Shown here piece by piece: positions 8,450-16,967 of a stretch of 25,367 nt of DNA (position 1 is the first letter of the stretch; each line of letters starts with the position of its first letter). Position numbers and translations under genes: made by a program. The stretch covers positions 1 through 25,367 of IMG/VR virus record IMGVR_UViG_2690315922_000022; one strand, written 5' to 3'. The notes beneath the pieces were generated by a model. The model saw nothing but the letters and a program-made list of their open reading frames with translations, searched no databases and was not told the origin of the DNA. Origin of the DNA: a virus (taxonomy: Duplodnaviria > Heunggongvirae > Uroviricota > Caudoviricetes).

Positions 8450-8867
8450 AATCTTGCTTCGTGGAAGGTATAAGAGATGCATTTGCCTCTTTTGGCTTCA
8501 ATGTATACATCCCACCATTAAATGGATCAACAGCAAGCCAACCAATTAACCCACCAAACACAAGGTTTCCACCAATATACCAACCATTAGCATTGGCTTT
8601 GATTGGCAGGGTAACTGATTCGTACCCATCCTTTTCCATAGTGATCTGGTAGCTCTTTTTGCCAAAATAACTACCATCTGACTTGGCAAGAGTTACTCCT
8701 TGTGGAGTCTTGCCTTGCGCAACAATCACGCCTGATTCATCTTTTACCTTAAAGCTCGCACCGGAAGGGTTGCTGTTCACTTGCACAAGTTGCGTTTCAT
8801 CACCAACAATAGTTGCGCACCCAGATAACATCATAGCGCCAGCAACGACGCCAATAATCCTCTTCAT
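8448..8867 (-). CDS. Outer-membrane lipoprotein with PEGA-like beta-domain and glycine-rich hydrophobic C-terminal motif
   Basis: Signal peptide with lipobox (MKRIIGVVAGAMMLSGC, Ala at +2); mature region VNSNPSGASFKV...GKTP...EKDGYESVT fits the PEGA pattern; C-terminal GGNLVFGGLIGWLAVDPFNGGMY. An alternative start 12 nt upstream (MEIDMKR) is possible. Confidence 0.6.
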   Translation of the reverse strand: MKRIIGVVAGAMMLSGCATIVGDETQLVQVNSNPSGASFKVKDESGVIVAQGKTPQGVTLAKSDGSYFGKKSYQITMEKDGYESVTLPIKANANGWYIGGNLVFGGLIGWLAVDPFNGGMYTLKPKEANASLIPSTKQD

Positions 8868-8988
8868 ATCAATTTCCATATTTAAAAAACCGGAAACATC
8901 CTAATGACAAACCATTCAAATGTGAAGTAGGCAAAAGATGTTTACTTTTTTCATGATATCCTGTGAAAAACTAAGGAGAGTTAACCAT

Positions 8989-9474
8989 ATGAAAAAATCA
9001 CTGTTAATTATCCCGCTTCTGCTGGTTGGATGCGCAAAAGTAAGTGACTATCAAGCAAGTTGCGAACAACGCTATCACAAGCTTAGCGATATGGCTAATT
9101 GCCTTGATGCCAGTGTGAAGAACGACTCACGCATGGCATCAGCACCAACACCTAAGTTGTATGTCCTTGCTGCAAAGATGCTCGGGCAAGGTGTCGATGA
9201 AGGCAAGATAAGTGACGCACAGGCAAGGCTTGAGCTTCAGAATCTTTATGTTCAATTACAAAGCCAAGAACAAGCCCAACAAATAGCACAAAGCCAAGCA
9301 TTCCAGCAGGCTTTATTGAATTATCAGGCTGTAAACACAATGCAAGCGATCGAGCAAAAAGCGAGACAGCCTGTTATAACTCAACCCTATCCAACACGCG
9401 TTGACACTTACACAAACTGCAATTCAGGGTTTGGAAATACAGTCACATGCAACAGTAGCAGTAACATAAGATAA
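8989..9474 (+). CDS. Lipoprotein with Gln-rich coiled-coil region, function unknown
   Basis: Start at the internal Met preceded by AAGGAGAG RBS; lipobox signal MKKSLLIIPLLLVGC (Ala at +2); several Cys and a Q-rich helical segment; divergently transcribed from the neighbouring lipoprotein. Confidence 0.6.
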   Translation: MKKSLLIIPLLLVGCAKVSDYQASCEQRYHKLSDMANCLDASVKNDSRMASAPTPKLYVLAAKMLGQGVDEGKISDAQARLELQNLYVQLQSQEQAQQIAQSQAFQQALLNYQAVNTMQAIEQKARQPVITQPYPTRVDTYTNCNSGFGNTVTCNSSSNIR

Positions 9475-9564
9475 CAATCAGCAAAGGTATCGCCTATGCA
9501 GAGTGGTACGATAAACCTCGCGTTCTACATATTTGGTTTTTGCACGTTCCTGGTATTTGCGAAG

Positions 9565-11562
9565 CTATTCTGACAACGCATCAGACTTGGCACCCTGAGT
9601 AATGGCGTTAATGGCCTTTTGCGCCTGCTGCATAGCTTTCTCAAACGCTGTTGATCCGCGTGGGGTATTTGCCATTCGGAGCATTGCATTTCTGAATGGC
9701 TCGCTCTCATAGGCGCGAGTAAGAAGTCCGTAGCTTACCGCTGCGCCAGTTGTCGCCGGGTTCATTGCCGTCCCATACCCGATAATGAACGGGATGGTTT
9801 GCTGCCCTGTTGGTGTTGTTACTGCTGCTTTTGCAGCCTGCTGCGTGGATTGCAGGTAGTTTTTCAATCCTTTCAGATAAGCGGCTTCCTGACCTTTAAA
9901 TGTGATGCCAGTCTGGTTTTGCAGGATGTTAAGCTGCCGAAGGAACTGGTCAGGGGATCCGCCAGATTTCTCCATCGCCTTTCCAATGATGCCATTGCGC
10001 ATTTGCGCCCTGCCAACACGACCAACTGAGTTATACAGCGTCTTAATTTCCGATTTGTTCTTGCTGAATAGCATGTTGTTGACAACTTCCGGCGTCAGGT
10101 CGCCTTTCATGAGAACATTCTTCAGCCTGGTATTCTTTAGTTTCGCCGCTTCGTCAGCGTAGACGGCATTGGCCTGCTGATATTTACGGAGAGTATCGTT
10201 GCCAAGATTCTGACCAATGGCACCATTGATATCGTCTGTCATTGCCTTGTAAACGCGCTGAATGGCAGCATCGGAACGGTTTGGTAACACTGGTCGTTCC
10301 CCCTTCACGTCCATTCTGAACTGGCTGCGCAGATCGCTTAATTGCTTCAAATCCAGATTTACCGGACCATCAGGACTAGCATTGCGAATAAGCTCATCAC
10401 GATAGGATTGAAGTTTTGAAATCGTCTCGTTATCAGCGACCTTACCAAGCTTCTGCAGGTTAGATATCTCAGTATCAATCTGCTGAATTGCTCGCACAGG
10501 CTGAATGTTTACTCCAGCCATAGCATTCTGAACCTGCTCCAGTCGATTACCGGCAGCACGACGAATTCCTGATGTTTTCGCTTTAAGGCTGTCAATAACA
10601 ACTGCCGGATCGTACTCGCCGAATTTATCAGCAAATCTCTGCACCAACTGGCTTCTCGCTTCCTGTTGCGTTGCTCTCATTCCGCTTGTGCCAGCCAGAG
10701 GGATATTTTCTGCTGTAGTCTGCGCCATTTTTCCGACGCGGGAAGTTGGTTGTAACAGGTCTGTGGTGTGCAGAGGAACTCCTTCACGCTCTGCAAATCT
10801 GATAGCCTGTTGCGCTTCTGGTGCGATAGCACCACGAACGCCACGATAAGCAGCACCTAATCCACGTCCGGCAGCGTTAATAGCACCGCCAGCCAGCACA
10901 CCAACGCCTAAATCGGTGGCGAGTGCTTCCGCATCATCTTTCGCACTGTTTGCAGCAAGTGATCCAACTGCGTTTTCTGCGAGAAGGCGAGTTGCCCCCT
11001 GAGCAATTCGACCAGCAAGTGTTGGTGCCTGTGTTGCCGCTCTCTCAACGCCAGCAGGAGTGAGGTAAGGCAATGCTTCAGCAAACACCCTGCCCTCTGT
11101 CGTTTGTGGAGTCAGCGCGCCTTGCTGAAGGCCAAAGTCCTGCTCTAATCCCTGCGTTGTTACTCGTGGCGCTGGTTGATATGTACCATCGCCAATGCCG
11201 AGTTTACCGCCAGCCCATGCAGCCGCACTTGTTACAGCATCGGCAACTGATGCAGGTATGTTTGCCACGTTCACGCCAGCCTGCACCAGTCCGCGACCAG
11301 TCTCTTTTACTGCTTCGCCAAGATCAGACATAAATCCACTTTGCTGTGGTTGTTGCTGTGCTACTGGTTGCTGTGTCTCCACTTGCTGCACAGATGGCAA
11401 TGGATAGGCAGCATAGAAAGCTTGCTTAGCCTGCTCTGCATTTTCTCCGGCTTGCGGGGCCACGACTTCATTGAAGTATTGCTCCTGAGCCTGCGCTTTT
11501 TGTTCTGGTGCTAACGCCTGATACTGTGGAGAGGCGATAACATCTTTCCATGCTTTAGCCAT
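9565..11562 (-). CDS. Ejection (E) protein, P22 gp16-like
   Basis: 665 aa, Ala/Gln/Gly-rich; position and composition match P22 gene 16; start overlaps the gp20 stop by 1 nt (TAATG). Confidence 0.8.
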   Translation of the reverse strand: MAKAWKDVIASPQYQALAPEQKAQAQEQYFNEVVAPQAGENAEQAKQAFYAAYPLPSVQQVETQQPVAQQQPQQSGFMSDLGEAVKETGRGLVQAGVNVANIPASVADAVTSAAAWAGGKLGIGDGTYQPAPRVTTQGLEQDFGLQQGALTPQTTEGRVFAEALPYLTPAGVERAATQAPTLAGRIAQGATRLLAENAVGSLAANSAKDDAEALATDLGVGVLAGGAINAAGRGLGAAYRGVRGAIAPEAQQAIRFAEREGVPLHTTDLLQPTSRVGKMAQTTAENIPLAGTSGMRATQQEARSQLVQRFADKFGEYDPAVVIDSLKAKTSGIRRAAGNRLEQVQNAMAGVNIQPVRAIQQIDTEISNLQKLGKVADNETISKLQSYRDELIRNASPDGPVNLDLKQLSDLRSQFRMDVKGERPVLPNRSDAAIQRVYKAMTDDINGAIGQNLGNDTLRKYQQANAVYADEAAKLKNTRLKNVLMKGDLTPEVVNNMLFSKNKSEIKTLYNSVGRVGRAQMRNGIIGKAMEKSGGSPDQFLRQLNILQNQTGITFKGQEAAYLKGLKNYLQSTQQAAKAAVTTPTGQQTIPFIIGYGTAMNPATTGAAVSYGLLTRAYESEPFRNAMLRMANTPRGSTAFEKAMQQAQKAINAITQGAKSDALSE

Positions 11563-12857
11563 TAATCACCCCATAGTGAAGAAAAGTTACTGCCAGTAGT
11601 AGATTGTTGCCCTGGCATATTCTGCACCGGCTCCTGATAATCAAACTGTTTTTTAACAGTGCTCAACTTGCTTTCAAGCTGATTTCTAATCTTTCCGATA
11701 GAGTCACGAAAAGCCTTTTCACTCATTTTGGGGCTTAGGGCACCAACCGCATCGGATAATTTTTTACCCTCAGCATCTGAAAGAGCGCCCATACCCTTCA
11801 GGGACTGCACCATAGGAAGGAATGTTTGAGCTTTAAAGGTGTCGAGCCTTGCTTCAAAGTTAGCCGCATCAGAGCCAGGAACTGTCGGAAACGCTGAGCG
11901 AATTCCTACTGCTTTTGAAAGGCCGGGGCTTTGCTCTATCTCGTTGAGAGAATCAAGCGCGGTGCTGAACGTATCAACTGCACCCTGAGCGGCGGCCTGC
12001 CTGTCAGCGCGGGCTATGTCAGCCTTTTGCCGAACATCTGCCTGTTTCTGTTTTAGCTCTTCAAGCTTTAACTGATTGCTTTCTCTGGCTATCTGTCTGT
12101 CCAGAGCCTTTTCTTGTAATTCTGCTCTTTGTATTTCGCGGGAAAGAGCAGCATTCTGTGCGCTGATGTTCTGTCCACGTATCTGGATGTCCTGACCACG
12201 CGCTGTTAGTGCTTCTCCAGCCTGATTGCTGCGGATTGTCTCTGCCAGCCTACCTCGGTCAATCTCACGACCAGCCATCTTGTCCTGAACATTGAAGTAG
12301 TCAATCGGACCGAGAGCAGCCATCCCAAGGTGATCAACAAACTCACCAAATCCTGAAGGATTCTGCTGATACATCTGAGCAACGTTATTAGGGTCAACAC
12401 CGACGCTAGTCAGTTCCTTGGCGTTGTTTTGCAGCCATGATTGCATTGCTTCTGGAGACGATGCCGCAAGACGAGCGCCAGCCGCTAAGGTGCCGATAGA
12501 ATTGCGCTGGTCTTCATCAATGAATCCCATGCCTTTACGAACGGATTCAATCTGGTCCGGATATTGAGTAGCCAACTGACGCAAAGCACCGCGATCACCA
12601 GACGCATAAGCATTAGCGTATGCCTGCTGAAATTCTTTCTGCCGCTGAGCCTGCTTTTCCTGCTGAAACACCCCCGCAATACCTGAAAGGCCTTGCAAAG
12701 CAGTCAGCCCAACATTGTTAGCGCCGGAACGCTCAATATCATTGTTCTGCCTGATAAGCTGAAGCGTATTGCCGATGTCATTTACGCTAGGAGCGTTTGA
12801 GTTGACGCCACCGATACCAGCCAACAATCCGCCATTTGATCCTTGCCAAGTAGCCAT
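11562..12857 (-). CDS. Ejection (E) protein, P22 gp20-like
   Basis: 431 aa; N-terminus MATWQGSNGGLLAGIGG... typical of gp20-type injection proteins; conserved order 7-20-16. Confidence 0.8.
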   Translation of the reverse strand: MATWQGSNGGLLAGIGGVNSNAPSVNDIGNTLQLIRQNNDIERSGANNVGLTALQGLSGIAGVFQQEKQAQRQKEFQQAYANAYASGDRGALRQLATQYPDQIESVRKGMGFIDEDQRNSIGTLAAGARLAASSPEAMQSWLQNNAKELTSVGVDPNNVAQMYQQNPSGFGEFVDHLGMAALGPIDYFNVQDKMAGREIDRGRLAETIRSNQAGEALTARGQDIQIRGQNISAQNAALSREIQRAELQEKALDRQIARESNQLKLEELKQKQADVRQKADIARADRQAAAQGAVDTFSTALDSLNEIEQSPGLSKAVGIRSAFPTVPGSDAANFEARLDTFKAQTFLPMVQSLKGMGALSDAEGKKLSDAVGALSPKMSEKAFRDSIGKIRNQLESKLSTVKKQFDYQEPVQNMPGQQSTTGSNFSSLWGD

Positions 12858-12866
12858 GATGACCCC

Positions 12867-13562
12867 TTAAAACAACGAGCCAAGCAGGCCAAGCCCGCCA
12901 CCAATTGCGGCGCCTAATCCAGTACCAAGTCCGGGGACAATAGAGCCAAGAGCGGCCCCAGTCATAGCTCCTGAAGCTCCTCCGCTAATTGCTGTCTGAA
13001 GACCTGATGGCTTATTGGCATTAGCAGCGGCGAGAGCTGCGCTTTGCTGTGCAATGCTGCTCATGTTGTTGGCGTATGTCTGCCCGGCGTTCGCCTGACC
13101 TTGCAACGCACCAAGGCCAATGTTTGCCAGATTGTTGTAGTTGCTCATCTGGTTTGATAACCACGACTGACCGAGAGTCGGCGCAATCGTAGCCAGTTGA
13201 TTGCTTGTGGCTGTCGATCCAAGTCCACCCGTTGCCTCCGCTGCAGCAAGACTCTGGTAACGCGCCTGACCTGCAAGGTCTTTATACTGCTGAGAGTTGT
13301 AATACTGATTAAGTGCCTGCCCCTGTCCTTCTAAACTGGAAAGATTCTGAAGCTGGTTAACATACTGCTCCGCAAGCGGCGTGAACGGAGCAAGGTTTTT
13401 CATGATCGTCTGCCACTGCTGATTTTGCAGGTCTGCGGCATACTTCTGAGCTTCTGCTGCATACTTTGCGCTTTTATCAGAGCTGCCACCTTTCCCGCCT
13501 TTTTCAGGGCAATAAGGTTCCTCGCCGCGCAGTTTTCTGCCCAGCTTAAATGCATATAACAT
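12867..13562 (-). CDS. Ejection (E) protein, P22 gp7-like
   Basis: 231 aa (P22 gp7 is 229 aa); N-terminus MLYAFKLGRKLRGEEP...EKGGKGGSS and glycine-rich C-terminus GAAIGGGLGLLGSLF match gp7 as I recall it. Confidence 0.85.
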   Translation of the reverse strand: MLYAFKLGRKLRGEEPYCPEKGGKGGSSDKSAKYAAEAQKYAADLQNQQWQTIMKNLAPFTPLAEQYVNQLQNLSSLEGQGQALNQYYNSQQYKDLAGQARYQSLAAAEATGGLGSTATSNQLATIAPTLGQSWLSNQMSNYNNLANIGLGALQGQANAGQTYANNMSSIAQQSAALAAANANKPSGLQTAISGGASGAMTGAALGSIVPGLGTGLGAAIGGGLGLLGSLF

Positions 13563-13564
13563 GG

Positions 13565-14023
13565 CTATCTCCCGTGATTCAGGAAGTCGATTAGTTCTTC
13601 GCGTGTCGCGCTGTAAAACGTCACGTCATCCACGCCTTTGAAGTATTTCTTGATGGTTCCTACACGCTTAAGGCCAATCATTGCGCAATACATCTGACCG
13701 TGGCGGAATTTGCGCGCAGCGAACGATGTGACGCACTGAACGGTGGTGTTAGTCAGAATGTATCGCCAGAACGCCAGCCCGATTTCCTTGCTGAAGCCGC
13801 GAATCTCTGGCAGGTACATGGCGTGGCAATCGAATGTCAGCGGCTGAATCTCCTGATAGTAAACAATTCCGCCGAACTGCCCGTGCACGTTCACCTCAAA
13901 GTAACGGCAATCAGGTTTGTAGTCGTATCCATCACCGTTGTTGCTCCCGGCGATAATGTCAGGGTGATTTCCTACGGCTTCTATCAGGTCGATGTTTCGC
14001 GTTGGTTTGAACTGAATCATCAC
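13565..14023 (-). CDS. P22 gp14-like head/tail accessory protein
   Basis: 152-aa ORF between the tail needle and gp7, the position of gene 14 in P22-like genomes; 4-nt overlap with the needle gene. Assignment is by synteny only. Confidence 0.55.
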   Translation of the reverse strand: MMIQFKPTRNIDLIEAVGNHPDIIAGSNNGDGYDYKPDCRYFEVNVHGQFGGIVYYQEIQPLTFDCHAMYLPEIRGFSKEIGLAFWRYILTNTTVQCVTSFAARKFRHGQMYCAMIGLKRVGTIKKYFKGVDDVTFYSATREELIDFLNHGR

Positions 14024-14868
14024 TGCTCCGCGATTATCTTGATGGTTGTGGCAGTAAACGCCGCACCATTTGACTGAATGGTTAACGTGCTGCCATTTGT
14101 GGCAAGAAAGCCGTCTTTATCCACGCTGAAGAACGTAGCTAACAGGATGTTATCGGTTGTTGTCGCCGAGTTACGACTGCTTACCAGTGTGTCAGGAACA
14201 GAGCCGGAAAAGGTTAGCTGCATTGACCTGTTTGCGGTTCCGCTGGGCCACGTCCCGACAATCGACAGCTTGAAGAACAGGGTTTTGTTCTCGTTGAACA
14301 CAACCATCTTGTTGTTAACGGTGTCGAAGAATGGTGCCAACGCGCCGGATGACGGCGTGAGCGTTTTCAGCAGGCTAACAAGGTTGGTCGGCGCTGTCGG
14401 AATGGTTACAGATACGCCAGAGTAAACAACCTCTGACTTTTTGCGAGTAGTGGCATACTCCAGAGCATCAATGCGCGTTTCATGGTCTGAAAGCGTGTTT
14501 TGAATGGCGACAACTTCATCAGTCAGATAATCAATATCGTTTTCTGCTGTCGTTAATCGCGAATCAAGGCCGACTATCGCCGCTTCTGCGTTAGTGATCC
14601 TTGTTTCGTGGTCCTGTATCTTCGCTTCAGCCAATGCCAGTCGAATTTCGTGATCGACCAGAATCACATCCTGCTCATCGTTCCTGGCTTGTGCGTCATA
14701 AGCGCCCTGTCCGGCCTCGTTGGCCTTGTTCGCCACGTTACCAACATCAGTGCCCTGTGCGATAACGTAAAGCAGATACGACTGCGAGAAGATATTGCGT
14801 GGAAGGACTGATGTGTCGAGCCGTGTAGCCTGAATGATTACCGGCACATTGAGATTCGAATCCGCCAT
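14020..14868 (-). CDS. Tail needle (P22 gp26 family) with C-terminal knob domain (Sf6-type)
   Basis: 282 aa; N-terminal [43 protein letters not shown] matches the gp26 tip; central coiled-coil heptads; extra ~100-aa C-terminal domain absent from 233-aa P22 gp26. Confidence 0.85.
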   Translation of the reverse strand: MADSNLNVPVIIQATRLDTSVLPRNIFSQSYLLYVIAQGTDVGNVANKANEAGQGAYDAQARNDEQDVILVDHEIRLALAEAKIQDHETRITNAEAAIVGLDSRLTTAENDIDYLTDEVVAIQNTLSDHETRIDALEYATTRKKSEVVYSGVSVTIPTAPTNLVSLLKTLTPSSGALAPFFDTVNNKMVVFNENKTLFFKLSIVGTWPSGTANRSMQLTFSGSVPDTLVSSRNSATTTDNILLATFFSVDKDGFLATNGSTLTIQSNGAAFTATTIKIIAEQ

Positions 14869-16286
14869 TACTCAATCCTTATCTGAGCGCCAGACAGAGT
14901 GACAGGTGACTTCGTGATAACGCGCAATTTGAAGCCGACATTTTTCCTGATGCGCCCGACTCGCTTCCACAAAACACGTTTGTCGTAAACGAACGGTTCA
15001 TTCTGCTCAATCATCTGCTCACGACCGTAATTGATGCCGTCAGTGGTTGCAGAGAGGAACAGGCGGTCGGCGTACTGAGCCACGCCAGTGGATGACTCCA
15101 CCTCCAGATCGAAGCATCTGGCGTTATCCGCTTTGAACAACGGAGTAAACAGCAGGTGTTCTTGCTGTAGCCCATACTGGCTGCTGATGTCGAATTGCAA
15201 TTTCCCGGTCACGGACTCCAGCTTATCGCCGCACGTTATCTGATTGCCTTCGTAAATGAAGTCGATAGCGCGGTACACATCGTCATACAGACCTGTTTTC
15301 AGCACACACCATTGCGGACCATTGGCGCTTGAAGATGCGTCGTACACCAGAACATGGCGCGGAAGATGGATAATCAGCAGCTCATGCGCATCAAATCGCA
15401 GAGACTCCATCACACCATCAGCCAGTTCATCAGCAGTGTAGGAGCGGAGAATTTTCTCAATGCTCGCGCTGGCGATTGGTGAAACCTGACCGGATCCGAT
15501 GATGTATACAGATGGCGCACCTGTTGCCGGATTGCTGATGAACGCATAGGAATCAGCGAATGGCGTTTTGCAATAGGTTCCGGCAATACCTTTCTGCACC
15601 ATCAGCGATGGTTGTGCAACATACAAAGCGGCACCAACGGTGGTTGCACCAGTCAGGGAGAAATATTCAATCGTCGATGAACCAAAGCAGACGATGAAGT
15701 CTCGCCATGTTCCGATGCCGATGATACCGTCAGGCTGAGACTCGGCACGATATTGTGCGCTGTATCGGTCAGGATGTGATTCGTCTTCAAGGTCAGTGAT
15801 AAACCATGAATCAGTGCCGTCTTTTGACCACGCATAACGCCCACGTAAGCGCGTAATGTCGCGGACTGAACCTAACTCATACTGCGTGAATCCGCTGTCT
15901 GTAGGCCAGTTTGAGACGGTTTTAACCGTACCATCATAGCGATACTCGACCAGTTGACCATTAACGCCTACTGCCTGTGATGTCCTACCGTGTGCCATTG
16001 ATACGCGACCACTTCCGGCAACATCACCGACCTCGCTTTCGCCCTTATACAACTTGCCACCGCAAACGCGATAAACAGCATTCTGCGCCATGTTGTACTC
16101 GACACCGCGCGATACACCATTCACATCAGAACGTTTGGCAATGCCCGGGAATGAGCGAAGATATCCGCTGCTGTTAAGGATTTCTTTGGGCGTAGCCAGC
16201 ATATTCACTGGCAGATAGTCGATATAGTCGGCGTTTCGAAAGTCTTTGCCGACACCTTTCATAAGCGGAAGTTGCTGAATCGGCAT
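14868..16286 (-). CDS. Tail hub / head-completion protein, P22 gp10-like
   Basis: 472 aa, the same length as P22 gp10 and near-identical over long stretches as I recall it ([16 protein letters not shown]...[10 protein letters not shown]). Confidence 0.9.
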   Translation of the reverse strand: MPIQQLPLMKGVGKDFRNADYIDYLPVNMLATPKEILNSSGYLRSFPGIAKRSDVNGVSRGVEYNMAQNAVYRVCGGKLYKGESEVGDVAGSGRVSMAHGRTSQAVGVNGQLVEYRYDGTVKTVSNWPTDSGFTQYELGSVRDITRLRGRYAWSKDGTDSWFITDLEDESHPDRYSAQYRAESQPDGIIGIGTWRDFIVCFGSSTIEYFSLTGATTVGAALYVAQPSLMVQKGIAGTYCKTPFADSYAFISNPATGAPSVYIIGSGQVSPIASASIEKILRSYTADELADGVMESLRFDAHELLIIHLPRHVLVYDASSSANGPQWCVLKTGLYDDVYRAIDFIYEGNQITCGDKLESVTGKLQFDISSQYGLQQEHLLFTPLFKADNARCFDLEVESSTGVAQYADRLFLSATTDGINYGREQMIEQNEPFVYDKRVLWKRVGRIRKNVGFKLRVITKSPVTLSGAQIRIE

Positions 16287-16295
16287 TTATTCACC

Positions 16296-16757
16296 TCACG
16301 TACTCGGATCATCTTTCTCGATGTAAAACCGATTCCACGTAAACGCGCTTTTGTTACCACTACCGCGAGGCATGTCATTTCGCCGCTCAAGTGGTGGTAT
16401 TTTGGTTAAAGCGATACAGATTGTTTGATATGCACTGTCAGCAGCGGTAAGGAGAGCGTCCGACGGCTGAATGACGTTATCCATGCACACTTGCACAGCG
16501 AGTTTCAAAGCGACGCCATCATTTGCCCATGCAGGGATACCTGAATCATCGTCAGGTAACGGCATGATGCCGTTTTCTGTATCAGCAAACTGATACCCAA
16601 GCTCGATACCTTTCGCCTGCCATGCTGCCATCATGTCTTCGAGGTCATTAATGGCATCTTCAATTGCCTGAGGGTCAGCATCTGTCAACGTGGCATTGGA
16701 ATACAGCCCGGCTTTTCGTAAAGCCTTTAGAACGAGATCACCCTTCGTTTTCGCCAT
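16296..16757 (-). CDS. Head-to-tail adaptor, P22 gp4-like
   Basis: 153 aa; MAKTKGDLVLKALRKAGL...ATLTDADPQ resembles P22 gp4; conserved position between coat and gp10. Confidence 0.8.
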   Translation of the reverse strand: MAKTKGDLVLKALRKAGLYSNATLTDADPQAIEDAINDLEDMMAAWQAKGIELGYQFADTENGIMPLPDDDSGIPAWANDGVALKLAVQVCMDNVIQPSDALLTAADSAYQTICIALTKIPPLERRNDMPRGSGNKSAFTWNRFYIEKDDPST

Positions 16758-16926
16758 CTTCTTCCGCCTTAGCCACTTTTTGCTTCGTTGCGGTTTCTTC
16801 AGGAGTTTTTACCCAGCCTTTTTTCAGGTGAGATTTAACTTCTTCGTCATCAACAATGATGTAATCGACGGCAAACTGACCGCAGGTGATCATGTTGCCC
16901 GGCTTATAGAGCATTGTTCGTGCCAT
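16738..16926 (-). CDS. Hypothetical small protein between coat and gp4
   Basis: 62 aa from the internal Met with GGGAGAAGACA-ATG RBS; acidic C-terminus; overlaps the gp4 start by 20 nt. Confidence 0.4.
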   Translation of the reverse strand: MARTMLYKPGNMITCGQFAVDYIIVDDEEVKSHLKKGWVKTPEETATKQKVAKAEEDGENEG

Positions 16927-16934
16927 TGTCTTCT

Positions 16935-16960
16935 CCCAATAAAAATGGGGCCGAAGCCCC
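16935..16960 (-). terminator. Intrinsic terminator/attenuator downstream of the coat gene
   Basis: On the minus strand: GGGGC-TTCG-GCCCC (UUCG tetraloop) followed by ATTTTTATT, 8 nt after the coat stop codon; overlaps the RBS of the next ORF. Confidence 0.5.
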
Positions 16961-16967
16961 ACCTAAA

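Noticed and set aside
9799-11407. Short ORFs on both strands inside the gp16 ejection-protein gene (for example 9902-10162, 11073-11333, 11195-11407)
   Set aside because: They overlap a 665-aa CDS and are Cys/Arg/Pro-rich as expected from out-of-frame reading of GC-rich coding DNA; no start signals.
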